The notes beneath the pieces are model-generated. The model made no database searches and had not been told where the DNA came from. It saw nothing but the letters and a program-made list of their open reading frames with translations. A stretch of 64,000 nt of DNA from Eledone cirrhosa (Eukaryota), in the NCBI GenBank assembly GCA_964016885.1, contig OZ024761.1:6510001-6574000 (forward strand), read 5' to 3'. This document shows positions 1 through 12,370 of the stretch, in pieces; position 1 is the stretch's first letter, and every line of letters starts with the position of its first letter. Position numbers and translations under genes: made by a program.

Positions 1-470
1 TAAGTGGTTAGGGTGTTTGGCTCATGATCGGAAGTTCTGAGTTCGATACACGGCTGAGTGTTGCGTCCTTGAGCAAGACACGGTATTTCCAGTTGCTCCA
101 GTTAATTCAGCTAGAAATAAAGATGAGAATCTCCTTGAGACATACGTACGTGAAAGATACACGTGTCTGTGGAATGCTTAGCCACTTATTCGTTAATTTC
201 ACGAATCGGCTGCTCTGTAAATCTGTGTATGTGTTGAAGGGGTTAGGGTGTCTCATGATGATAATGTCATGAGTTGGGTCCCCGTTGTAGAGGAGTTCGT
301 CGAGTGTTGTGTCCTTCGGCAAGACACTTTATTTCACCTTACTGCACTCAATTCTGCAGGCAAAAAAAAATGAGTTATTCTTATAAATTCGCGATGCCAG
401 TCCTGATGAATCTTCCTGAGAACTACGTGGTGTAGAAGACTTGGCCACTTAAACATAAATTACACAGTAG
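1..470 (+). mobile_element. Two degenerate tandem SINE copies with family 2-like heads
   Basis: GTGGTTAGGGTG..GAGTTCGAT..CCTTGAGCAAGACAC, repeated from about 238. Confidence 0.65.
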
Positions 471-804
471 GCAGCTCCGTTGGCAGAATCACCAGGATTT
501 CTCAATGAAAATGTCGGAGACCCAGCAACAACGGGCGTGTATACACTCACACGCGCACACGCAGACACTGACACACACTCACACACACACACGCAGACAC
601 AGACACACACACACATATATATTATATATCATACACACATATATACATATTATGCACACACACACATATGTATATATAATAAGAAGTTGACGGGACCAGC
701 ATAAGTTTCCTGTTAGGACCGGTTGCATCTCAGCGTACTCAATAAGTAAGGTTATGTAAAACTCCCAGAATAGACACATAGTTAATTGCTTCAACAGATA
801 AAAC

Positions 805-868
<64 letters not shown>

Positions 869-1041
869 TAGATCCTTCATCAATGATCTTCCAACCATCA
901 TTGGTATTTCATCGCTTTAAAGACCATATACCTCCGGTTGGTGCGAGCAACGGCTAACAAAAGTCGTTGGGACACGTAAATAAAGGGGACACGAGAGTGT
1001 AAACAAACAAAGATGGTGAAGCAACGAAAAACGGAGATGTG

Positions 1042-1227
1042 GTAAGGAACCAGGTGGACCATAACGCACCAAAGTACTCAATACTTAGGGTAGTAGAGTG
1101 GGTAATAGGAACGAGTAGGACCCCGACGGTTGAGCTCAAGCCGTTTCGACGGCTAATTCTGGACTCAGTCCAGAATTAGCCGCCGAAACGGCTTGAGCTC
1201 AGCCGTCGGGGTCCTACTCGTTCCTAT
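1042..1227. repeat. Dispersed fold-back element containing the 3' half of a hammerhead (other copies at 11951-12130, 15125-15305, partial 16118-16220)
   Basis: Palindrome centred near 1167; GAAA-CGGCT tgagctc AGCCG-TC-GGGGTCC. Confidence 0.75.
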
Positions 1228-1375
1228 ATATATATATGCGCACCCCACAACTCTCTACTTCCTCAATACTATACCAAGGATTTTACACTACCGGTCCACG
1301 GCTCCGGCATCCACCCTGCTATACTCGGAATTTTCAACATCCGTTCCTAAACTCCGCGGAAAAACATCCAGGAAT

Positions 1376-1545
<170 letters not shown>

Positions 1546-1811
1546 ACTTACACTATTTTTGCACCACGCGCCCATACATCCACACCACACATAAAAAACA
1601 CACACACACGTGCGTATCCTCACATACACACACTCAGCCTTCGGACTCCAAATGCCCCCTCTCGCCCAGCCCCTCTGACCCCTCTCCATCCACACACACA
1701 CACACACACACACACCCCACCCCACCCCATGTACACACTAGTTTCCCTATTACCCGAACATGGAACCTCGTTCTTCCCGAAACTCTCACATTCATATCCA
1801 CACACACACAC

Positions 1812-1850
<39 letters not shown>

Positions 1851-2244
1851 ACCTTCCACCCTCCCCGCTCGGACCCCCTGTCACCCTCTCCCCCTCCATC
1901 CACTCGCCACCACCTCTACACGCCTCACACCCTTTCACCACTTGTTTCATTTTAATTTTTTTACCCTCTAAAAGTACCCACCCCCCCTCTTTAATGTCTT
2001 TCCACCCCACCCCTCACACCCTCGAAACTCTTTTCCTGCCCACTTTTCTCCTGATGAAGGGCTTATGTCCGAAATGTCGTCTCCCACCCTCCGACTCTCA
2101 AGCGTGAACCTTCAACAAGGTTCAATGAATTCATCAATAAATAAAGTTTCACAACAGATTATAAGCACTCTACAGCAAGGTTTTCTGGAGTGATTAATAT
2201 TACTTCAAAATATTAATAAATATAGACATTCATGTGATCAAATA

Positions 2245-2310
2245 TATTTTATTATACATATTTCAGAGATACTGAGCTATTTCAACAGTACGTCCTCATC
2301 AGATAAAATA
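2245..2310 (-). ncRNA. Type I hammerhead ribozyme motif, family B
   Basis: Reverse complement: TATTTTAT-CTGATGA-stem II-GAAA-tatgta-TA-ATAAAATA (8-bp stem I). Confidence 0.8.
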
Positions 2311-3504
2311 AGTTGATGCTTGACATACCTTAACTATGTTGATGGTTATAATTTAGTCATGGCGGTGATTAGTTATGACCAAACTCGATATTTATATACC
2401 TGAAGTTGAAGCATGAATAAATTACATATAATACAGAGGGTGCGTATGAGAATGTGTATAAAGATATATAAATAATATTAGATTAAGGGTTTCTACCTTA
2501 ACATTGAAAGTGTTAACCTGATCTCTTGTTGAGTACGTTTGACCTTTAGATTATTTAAATACATTTAATTTTGGTTTTCGTATTTTCTAAATCTTATATA
2601 TTTGAAACCTTTAATGTATTCAGGCTTGTAAACCGTTTAATTACTTTGAAAGGTTATTTACAACTCATGAGGATATGATTATACATTTATAGTATAAAAG
2701 TCTCCTTAGATCCAAGTTGATAAATTTTTTTTGTATACTTAAATTGTTGTAAAATCTTAAATACTGTAAAATCTAGTTGAATTAAATTTATAACACTCTC
2801 AACAGAAATTATACTACATATAAGTGAATAATATCGTCTTAAACCTTACAATTTATAGTCTATATATAAATTATATAAATGTGTATATCTAGATAAATCT
2901 GGTTTAATAATATCTTATTAAATACATTTATAATGCTTTATGACTTATTAATAACATTTTAATTTTAAGGTTTTTTTTTTGCTAATATATTGATTATATT
3001 CTTGATTTTAATATACTTTTAAATATACTTGTGAATACCTTTGGAGTTATGATAGATATAAATTTATCTCTTTCACGTTAAATTTGCTTGAACTCAGATA
3101 TAATACAATGATATAAACCCTTTAAAATTTTATAGTCTAAAATCTTAGGTCATTTGATTAATTGACTATTTTCAATTAACTTAGGATTTGAAAATAAACG
3201 GTCACGCAATATTCTTTCCCCCTATCTAATTATATGCTATTTACATGTTACAATACATATCTCCCTCCCTTTGATTATACGATTTAACTTATTTTCCTCT
3301 CTCTATCATTTGATCATTTCTCCCTTCTCTTGTTCCTACGATCAAATCTCCTTTTTTCTCTTTTTCTCTCTTTCCTCATGATTTGCTATCTCGATCTATC
3401 ACTTCCACTATCAACAATAAAGAGGTATGAATATATTATTATTATTTAAATTTTTAACAGTTATATAAGTTTATGTATTATATATTATTAATTATTTATA
3501 TATC

Positions 3505-3686
3505 GGTGGATTGGCAGCATCGGTAGAGGGTCGGACGCCATGCTTTCCAGCATAGTTACGGCCCTTGCCATTCTGAGTTCAAATCCCGCCGAGGTTGACT
3601 TTGCCTTTCATCCTTACGGGGTCGATAAAATAAAGTACCAGTAATGCACTGGGTAATTGCTGGCATTGTGCATAAAGTAGAAACAA
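3505..3686 (+). mobile_element. tRNA-derived SINE, family 1, with 18-bp TSD
   Basis: A/B-box-like TGGCAGCATCGGTAG and GAGTTCAAATCC; ATTAATTATTTATATATC at 3487-3504 and 3686-3703. Confidence 0.88.
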
Positions 3687-3855
3687 TTAATTATTTATAT
3701 ATCTTTATACACATTCTCATACGCACCCTCTGTATTATATGTAATTTATTCATGCTTCAACTTCAGGTATATAAATATCGAGTTTGGTCATAACTAATCA
3801 CCGCCATGACTAAATTATAACCATCAACATAGTCAAGGTATGTCAAGCGTCAACT

Positions 3856-3921
3856 TATTTTATCTGATGAGGACGTACTGTTGAAATAGCTCAGTATCTC
3901 TGAAATATGTATAATAAAATA
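3856..3921 (+). ncRNA. Type I hammerhead ribozyme motif, family B
   Basis: Stem I TATTTTAT/ATAAAATA; CTGATGA 3864-3870; stem II GTACTG/CAGTAT; GAAA 3902-3905; predicted cleavage after 3913. Confidence 0.82.
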
Positions 3922-4476
3922 TATTTGATCACATGAATGTCTATATTTATTAATATTTTGAAGTAATATTAATCACTCCAGAAAACCTTGCTGTAGAGTG
4001 CTTATAATCTGTTGTGAAACTTTATTTATTGATGAATTCATTGAACCTTGTTGAAGGTTCACGCTTGAGAGTCGGAGGGTGGGAGACGACATTTCGGACA
4101 TAAGCCCTTCATCAGGAGAAAAGTGGGCAGGAAAAGAGTTTCGAGGGTGTGAGGGGTGGGGTGGAAAGACATTAAAGAGGGGAGGGTGGGTACTTTTAGA
4201 GGGTAAAAAAATTAAAATGAAACAAGTGGTGAAAGGGTGTGAGGCGTGTAGGGTGGTGGTGGGTGGATGGAGGGGGAGAGGATGACAGGGGGTCCGAGCG
4301 GTAATATATATATACATAAATACCTGTGTGTGTAGCCATACTGCTGGTACACGAGTCTATATTAATCCAGTGTTAACACATAAAGTGTGTTCGGTTTTAA
4401 CTTGTATCCGATTAAGAAATGACGTCAGCTAATATGAATAGAGGTCTGGAGAGTATCCTAGATAGCAGCAGAGACC

Positions 4477-4515
<39 letters not shown>

Positions 4516-4573
4516 AATATAATGTGTGTGTGTGTAAATGAATATTCATGTATATATACATATATAATCATGT

Positions 4574-4607
<34 letters not shown>

Positions 4608-4651
4608 TATGAAAATAAAACAAAGAAGCCTTCAATACATCAAAAGTCTTT

Positions 4652-4697
4652 ATTAGCCAACAATGTTTCGTCCTATTAAGGACTCATCAGGGCAATC
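4652..4697 (-). ncRNA. Minimal type I hammerhead motif followed by AATAAA
   Basis: Reverse complement: attGCC-CTGATGA-GTCC ttaata GGAC-GAAA-C att G-TT-GGC t AATAAA. Confidence 0.78.
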
Positions 4698-5812
4698 AAA
4701 ACCACAAGAAGTACTATCGGCCAATACTAGCCGAAAACTCCGAAGAATATGGAGTGTACATACACTAAAGTATTGGAAGATTATGGGTAAAAATATATAA
4801 TAAAAATCACTAAGGAGATGTATAACATTTTGAACCATGTTACAAATATAGTCCAAAGCAAAAAAACTAAAGGTGGTTATATAGAGCAGGGAATTATAGT
4901 ACTATATATAATACAATATAATATAATATAATATACTTGTAACAATATTAAAATTAAAATTAAAAGGCACAATATACATATGTATATATATATATGCACA
5001 CGTACGCACATATACATATACATCAATACACATATCCATCATTAACATCACAAATAAACCTTATTAAGAGTTTAAATATAAATAAGCATAATAGGAATAA
5101 AAATAATAATAATACGTATATCTAATATACAGTATAACATGAAGTAATGAAATGATTAAAAGTAACACATATAATATATAATAAACTATATAATTATATA
5201 ATATATAATATAATATAATAGATAATCTCCGGTTAATTTACACAAACAATATAGATGTCACAATAATACTATAATAATAATATAATATATAATATATAAT
5301 GGCATGTAAGTTAACAAATCAATTCATATAAAGTTACAGAGTAGGTGAGAAAAAATTATTTTCATAATTCTTCGGCTCTGTTTAATTACATTGAGCTATA
5401 TCTTTTACTGTCATTTCTATAATACGAAGAGGGTGTTTAACTCCAACACGCTCCAGTATTTTAATCCTTATATATATACATATGTATGTGTGTGCGTGTA
5501 TATATATGTATGTGTGTGCGTGTATATATATATATATGTGTTTGAGCGAGTATATATGTGCGTGTGTGTATATATATATATATTATACATGATGGCGGCC
5601 AGAGCCATAAATGTATTATCAGTTGTCCCCCACTACTTCTACTGGAAGCTGCTAGACGGTGCTAGCCTTCAGCTTCTCAATATTCATAACTAGAAGGCTT
5701 TCTAAATGTTTATCAGTAGATATACGATATTGACATACATACGTACATACATACATACATACATAATATATATCTATATATATCTCTGCGGCGTGTGTGT
5801 GTATACATATGT

Positions 5813-5850
<38 letters not shown>

Positions 5851-5971
5851 GTGAAAACTTGGACGGGAACAAAAACAGAGAGGCAGTACAAATAAAAGTT
5901 TATTAGGTTCACGCTCTTTATATATTAAAGTGTCTGTGTGTGTTGTATGTATGTATATGTAGTATATATAT

Positions 5972-6505
5972 ATAAGTATGTATACGTACATACATATATG
6001 TATACAGACGTACAGTAGTATGTATATATATATATACATACATCCACGCATATATATATATGTGCGTATGGATTCACCGAACATTTATTATAATGCTCGG
6101 TGTGTTTGTAAACAAACATCCCGAATCAAGCCGTACAGTGTCTAGTAACCATCGTTGCTCATTTGTTCAACCCTGACAAAGGAACGCTGTACTAGTTTCA
6201 AGCTTATTAGCTATCGTCAGCAACGTATACCTTCCTGCCAGATGATTGAACGTCTGAAAGTAAATACTTTCAGCGTATATACTTTCAGAGTACAGCGTTC
6301 CTTTGTCAGGGTTGAACAAATGAGCAACGATGGTTGCTAGACACTACGGCTTAATTCGGGATGTTTGTTTACAAACACACCGAGCATTATAATAAATGTT
6401 CGGTGAATCCATACGTACATATATATATGTGTGCATGTATGTATATATATATACATACTACTGTACGTCTCTATACATATATGTATGTACGTATACATAC
6501 TTATA
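5972..6505. repeat. Inverted repeat, arms about 220 bp (5972-6192 and 6289-6505)
   Basis: Direct reverse-complement match; related sequence at about 15670-15770. Confidence 0.88.
6184..6226 (-). ncRNA. Minimal type I hammerhead motif with palindromic stem III (CTAG)
   Basis: Reverse complement: ACGTTG-CTGACGA-tAGCT aata AGCTt-GAAA-CTAG-TA-CAGCGT. Confidence 0.82.
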
Positions 6506-6559
6506 TTTAAGTAACAGCCGTACTAAGAGTGAGAAAGGAAATTTCGTTTCATTTTTTCC

Positions 6560-6590
<31 letters not shown>

Positions 6591-6922
6591 CTCTTTGTTT
6601 ATTTTTTATATGAATATTGTTTGTTTGTTCCTGTATCTCATGTCTGTTATTTTGCCTGAGAAAATATCTCTATGTGTCCTAAAACAGTACACACATATAT
6701 TTATTTTTTCATATCCAATTGAGTTCTTCGCACTATGCTTGACTCCTTGAATGCGTGTGTATTATTTTTTCACGGTAGCCCCCTCCACCTTCCATTTTGG
6801 GGACGGTGTGAGATTTTCTTTCGAACTACTGGACTTACAACCTAACAGTTCCTTCTAGCACTGATGGTGATTATCACTAAATATTGATGTTTATTTAGTT
6901 ATAATATTGATATTATTGGGCA

Positions 6923-7044
6923 CCCACTGAAGATTTATAAGAGCCCACTTGCATAAGAATCCATTGATCTTACACAAGCTTCTACATAACTTGGTATAAT
7001 TTCACCCACCATGTAGAAATCTTATAATGAAACGATCGTTTGGG
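6923..7044 (+). ncRNA. Type I hammerhead motif with a stem II domain extended to about 95 nt
   Basis: CCCA-CTGAAGA-tTTATAAGA...TCTTATAAt-GAAA-CGATCG-TT-TGGG; inner hairpin TTCTACAT/ATGTAGAA. Confidence 0.7.
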
Positions 7045-7363
7045 AAAGGAGATTTTTAATATATCTCATAAAATAATACAGCCAATTATCCACACAATAC
7101 AATATAGTTAGCACCCCAAACGTTTAATTAGGAATATACTCCGGTATTTCTTAATGTTTGTTGAGTGAGTTGGAAATTGGTCGGAGTATCGCTAATAGCT
7201 GTCTCCGTTTATGTAATTATGTGTGTGTATATATATATATAAATATATAATATATATATGAATGTATGTATAGTATATTTGGCAATATACCGTACGTTTA
7301 ATTAAAAACATTTAGAAGACCACACGCTATCAGTTTTAAAGTAGTGACTATGTCGCTTACTTC

Positions 7364-7445
7364 TTTTCGGCGAAAGAAGGCAGAGAAGCTGACAGTCTGT
7401 TTCACGCTGTTTGGCGATCATCAGAGACACCGCTTTCGCCGAAAA
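7364..7445 (-). ncRNA. Type I hammerhead motif with a long distal stem I
   Basis: Reverse complement: TTTTCGGCGAAAG..CT-CTGATGA-tCGC caaaca GCGt-GAAA-CAG a CTG-TC-AG..CTTTCGCCGAAAA. Confidence 0.72.
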
Positions 7446-7712
7446 TTATAGAATTCCAGTAATAATCAGGAGCTGATTATACAGAGCGATTGGTGGTCCA
7501 GCAAAAATTAGGTATTAGGATTGGGGCTCTGAAATAGCGATATATACATGAATGTATATATATATATATATAGCACACTTCTTAATAGGCATCTTAATTA
7601 ATTACCATGAGCGCTAGATAATATGCAAATTAGTATGTCCATTTCAGAATAATATTAAGTGTTTGGGTATATAATCCCATGAAACACAGGTTCTCTTATG
7701 GTTGTTTGGATG

Positions 7713-7771
7713 ATATACACGTCATCTGATGAAGTCCCAATTAGGTCCGAAAGTCGATTAAATGTGTATAT
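7713..7771 (+). ncRNA. Type I hammerhead motif with imperfect stem II
   Basis: ATATACACGT cat-CTGATGA-...-GAAA-gtcgat-TA-a ATGTGTATAT. Confidence 0.62.
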
Positions 7772-7861
7772 AATGTTATTCAATTTATACAGGGAAAGTC
7801 CTAGTTTCTGTCTTACTTATTAAATAAGTGTATATTTATGAATTATAAGAGCAGTAATATA

Positions 7862-8055
7862 AGAATTGTTGCTACTTTGGGCAGAAGGTCAGCAATTACA
7901 CCAGTGCATTACTGGTACTTTATTTTATCGACCATGTAAGGATGAAAGGCAAAGTTAACCTCGGCGGGATTTGAACTCAGAACGTAAAGGACCGTAACTC
8001 TATGCCTCAAAGCATGTTGTCCGACGCTCTACCGATTTTACCAATCCACCGCCCT
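7862..8055 (-). mobile_element. SINE family 1
   Basis: Reverse-complement match to 3505-3686; a further tail fragment at about 8730-8792. Confidence 0.85.
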
Positions 8056-8074
8056 TATAATATAATAATAATAA

Positions 8075-8330
8075 AATATTGTCGACGGGTTTGCAGTCGA
8101 GCCCCTAGCAGTGGAGACCTCTGGTGTCCTTGGCCCTAACCCTAGGGTCACCTCCCTACTCACCACCATAGGCGCTGAACTGGCTAGCCGCAGGTGTGAG
8201 CCTCGCGAGGTGGAATGGGTCATCCAGCGCATCTCCTTCACCATCCTCCGGGGAAACGCCTTCTCTATTCTGTCGGCCAGGGCCATGGGGTGGCCAGCGC
8301 GTGGGACCCCACTTGCTGGTAATAGTGAGA
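8075..8330 (+). pseudogene. C-terminal fragment of a CRE-like (RLE endonuclease) non-LTR retrotransposon
   Basis: PLAVETSGVLG...IG...QRISFTILRGNA fits the recalled CRE-clade C-terminal pattern P-x-x-x-E-T-x-G...Q-R-x-S-x-x-I-x-R-G-N-A. Confidence 0.75.
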
Positions 8331-8620
8331 GATGGGGAAGGCGGGAGAGACGGAGGCGATGACAGTGGGAGTTTGGCTCCTCTGTGTTCGGACCTGGTGT
8401 ACATCTGAGAGATGGGGAGGGCAAGGGAGATGGGGGTGATGACAGTGGGAGTTTGGCTCCTCTGTGTTTAGACCTGGTGTACATCTGAGAGATGGGGGTG
8501 ATGACAGTGGGAGTTTGGCTCCTCTGTGTTCGGGCCTGGTGTATATGTGTGATGGGGAGGGTGAGAGAGATGGAGGCGATGACAGCGGGAGTTTGGTTCC
8601 TCTGTGTTCGGACTTGGTGT
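8325..8620. repeat. Four copies of a roughly 65-80 bp unit after the CRE-like ORF end
   Basis: GATGACAGTGGGAGTTTGGCTCCTCTGTGTTCGGACCTGGTGT recurs. Confidence 0.85.
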
Positions 8621-8933
8621 CGTTGTGTGTAATTTTACACTATAGACCCTTTCATTTCCTCTCTCCTTGTATTGCCTAGACAAAAAGTGTCCAAATACTT
8701 AACGTGCTGCTATTTCTAGCAATCCCGTTGACCTACTTTTGGCACAAGGCCAGCAATTACCCAGTGCATTACTGGTACTTTTATTTTATCGGACAAACCA
8801 ATGCCAGGTCAAGCGGTAGATACGTTTATCACAGGACAATGGTAAGAATTCCTAACAATAGGTGGCTTTGGAAGCGAGAAATTTTAGATTCGATTTCGAA
8901 TCTTCGCCAGGTAAAACATAGTAGAATTCTGTT

Positions 8934-9023
<90 letters not shown>

Positions 9024-9039
9024 GTGTGTACATAATTCT

Positions 9040-9620
9040 CCTGTGGCTATCAAATAGGAGGTAAAATCCTATCAAATCTTAGCTATGCAGACGATCTGGC
9101 TATCATGAGTTACTCTAGAACTGATCTGCAAGACTTTCTCAATGTACTGGCCAAACATTTGCTGGAGGCTGGCTTACACATCAACATCTCCTAAACAAAG
9201 TGTATGACAACTGATAAAAACAATGCCAATCTCCAGCTCACGATCTACAACCAGTAAATTGCTCAAGTTAAAGAGTTTGTATATCTCGGTCACAAGCTAT
9301 CATCAAACAACAATGGAATGGTTGTTGCGCAGTATTGCATTGCTCTGGGTTGGGCAGCTTTCAACAAGAACAAGGAAGTACTAACATCAAAACGAGTTTC
9401 CTATCATTTGAAGGCTAAGAACTCCGATACTTACATCCTACCAGTTGTGTTATATGGTCTTGATTGAGTTAATTGGACGACAAGGCCACTTCAGAAGCTC
9501 TCTACATTCCAGAACCACATCGTGAGACTCATGACTGGTAAACGGCTCAGCGACCGTATCTGTATCAGTGAGCTGCTCAACATTACCAAGCTTACACCAA
9601 TCACATCAGTTATCAAGTGA
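9040..9620 (+). pseudogene. Fragment of a different LINE RT (RTE-like)
   Basis: Hand translation gives NLSYADDLAI (YADD at 9084), GLHINIS*TK, EFVYLG, LPVVLYG, with in-frame stops. Confidence 0.85.
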
Positions 9621-9719
9621 TCTTTGCTCCTTAAGATCTGCTGTTGGAGATTGAAGTTTGTGGTGAAGTATATCTCGTGTTGATGCACAGCCTGCAACAA
9701 GCGGAGTTAATGTCTAGGA

Positions 9720-9750
<31 letters not shown>

Positions 9751-9794
9751 TCACTCACACGCTCGCTCGCACGCTCGCACGCACGCACGCACGC

Positions 9795-9837
<43 letters not shown>

Positions 9838-9849
9838 TAAAATCCGCTA

Positions 9850-10200
9850 TCATCAGATAAAATACAAAATGTTTTATAAATATTTGACATAACCAAGGAT
9901 AATATACCTTAATGGTTCAAGTTATCCCTGGAAAGTTATCCAGGAATAACTTGAACCATTAAGGTATATTATCCATGGTTATGTCAAATATTTAAAAAAC
10001 ATTTTGTATTTTATCTGATGAGAGCGTACCAACATTTTGGTACCCTTGAAATATATATAATAGAATAAATTTGGTTTTATAAATATAGTTTCCATTTATT
10101 TAATATCAATGTATATTATACTCCAGAAATCTGTTGAGTGCTCTAAATCAGTTATAAACATTTATATTTGTTCAATTACCAACAAATTGAATATCCCTTC
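9850..10200. repeat. Family B element with an inverted duplication of its 5' part
   Basis: Arms 9850-9932 and 9938-10021; homologous monomers at about 16240-16490 and 29940-30185. Confidence 0.85.
10007..10067 (+). ncRNA. Type I hammerhead motif, family B
   Basis: TATTTTAT-CTGATGA-gagcGTACCA acattt TGGTACcctt-GAAA-TATATA-TA-ATAGAATA. Confidence 0.82.
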
Positions 10201-10777
10201 TACTTATATATATATATATATATAATTAAAGAGCTCAGGATTTCTTCTCCTTTGAGCACATTATTTATGGCTCCGTTAATTTATCGTGATATTTTGCTCC
10301 TTATAACAGTCTTTCCTATCTATCTGTTTGGTTGAGCACACTTCTCTGGGTGGCTTTGGGCTGCCCTTTCTAGCAGTTCATCCCTCGGAGGCCACTGGTT
10401 CACTGCCCTTAAACACGCTGTGACTTCTCTCTCCCACGTGTAGCTGGACAGTCACTTTTGAAATTCTCTTAGTGTTGTCTGAAATGTATAGCCTTACACA
10501 CGCTGATGAACCGAGGCTAACCCATTTCTTTCAACAAATTACTGGTGAAACATATCTTAGGATTTGTAACTTTGGATTTGTACATGTGTTATATAGTTAT
10601 AAAGGTATTTATTTACGCTTTAATTTATATTTTTAATTATCGTGTCTATAGTCTGCCTTTCATAGGTTATAGATTCCATGCACTGGTGGGTTTTTTTTCC
10701 CTGTTTTATTGATAGCGCACTGTATATCTCTCTCTGGTGTGTTACCTTTGCAACATATTTTATATATATATATATAT

Positions 10778-11112
10778 ATAATATAAAACGAAAAATCAGT
10801 GATGCATCTGGACTCAATTTATTGTGTGTTACAATTGTTCCGCCGGTAGACAGCTCGAGACACGATCATTGTATGGATCTGTCTGATTCTAGCACTGCAG
10901 GTTCGTCGGACACTTGCAATAATTTCGGAACAAATTTTCCCAGTGAGTGAGAAAATTTGTTGCGAAATTATTGCAAGTGTCCGCCGGACCTGCAGTCCTA
11001 GAATCAGACAGATCCATACAATGATCGTGTCTCGAGCTGTCTGCCGGCGAAACAATTGTAACACATAATAAATTGAGCCCAATGCATCACTGATTTTTCG
11101 TTTTATATTATA
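10778..11112. repeat. Imperfect palindrome of about 330 bp beside (TA)n
   Basis: Arms meet near 10944; related fragment at about 41320-41385. Confidence 0.88.
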
Positions 11113-11186
11113 TCGCACTCTGTTCTGTAAAAACATAGAGTGCTCAACTGGCATACCGCCTATGGAAGCATCATAGCTACCATTAA

Positions 11187-11262
<76 letters not shown>

Positions 11263-11438
11263 ATATATATGTGTGTGTGTGTGAAAATGAAGTATTTCCG
11301 TCGGAAAGGTACAGGAAAAAAGAGTGCTCCATGTAGGCTACAAAGCTTATTAATTATGTAATAAACAACATAAGATAATAATTTCACTGGTAAATGAAAT
11401 AATTATCTTATGTTGTTTATTATATAACTAAATAAATA

Positions 11439-11483
<45 letters not shown>

Positions 11484-11580
11484 TATATATAATATATATA
11501 TATATATATAATATATATATATATATATAATATATATATATAATATATAAGAACAGAAGATGGTTAAAGGAGTTCCATGT

Positions 11581-11649
11581 ATTTTATTATGCGCATTTCA
11601 AAAACAAACATCATCATGCAATAATATTTGTGTTTTCATCAGATAAAAC
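11581..11649 (-). ncRNA. Type I hammerhead motif with TGCGCA palindromic stem III
   Basis: Reverse complement: GTTTTAT-CTGATGA-long AU/GU stem II-GAAA-TGCGCA-TA-ATAAAAT. Confidence 0.8.
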
Positions 11650-12320
11650 AGGAGGACATGATATGAAGGCTAAAAAACACTTGTAGATAGTTCAGTTTTA
11701 AATCAACATATGAGAAGTAGTTTTAGATTGATGTGTGATATTGGGAAAAATATTTTATTTAGATGGGGGGGGGGGGGGATGAAAAAAAGGAGGAGATGAA
11801 TATAATGAGGAATATAATGGAATATATTATGTATACTCCAGTCCTACAACCTGTAGAGTGCTTCTTATCCGATATCTGCATTGCTTTATTGTACTACAAT
11901 AAAACTCACCTCCTACAGTATATATATATATATATATAACGAAGAAAATCTGGTAAGGAACCAGGTGGACCATAACGCACCAAAGTACTCAATACTTAGG
12001 GTAGTAGATTGGGTAATAGGAACGAGTAGGACCCCGACGGCTGAGCTCAAGTCGTTTCGACGGCTAATTCTGGATAGAATTAGCCGTCGAAACGGCTTGA
12101 GCTCAGCTGTCGGGGTCCTACTCGTTCCTATATATATATATATACGATATTAAACAAATGGAAACTATATTTATAAAACCATATTTATTTCATTATACAT
12201 ATTTCAGGGATACCATATTGTTTAATATCGTATATCTACTCCAAAAACTTGTCGAGTGCTTTATATCAGTTATAAAATATTTACTTGTTTTAACCCAACA
12301 ATTTTAAATAAAACTTTTGC

Positions 12321-12370
<50 letters not shown>

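Larger units (their letters stand above)
1865..4301. mobile_element. Putative decayed Penelope-like element with inverted arms of about 610 bp (1865-2476 and 3690-4301)
   Basis: Near-identical inverted arms, each with a hammerhead; the spacer has a weak minus-strand trace of a GIY-YIG-type C-terminus (VLNKRS near 2520). Confidence 0.6.

Noticed and set aside
403-425. Isolated CTGATGA
   Set aside because: No stem II or GAAA downstream.
10495-10565. CTGATGA-ACC...GGT-GAAA hammerhead-like core
   Set aside because: Stem III and stem I do not pair convincingly; at most a decayed copy, so not counted.
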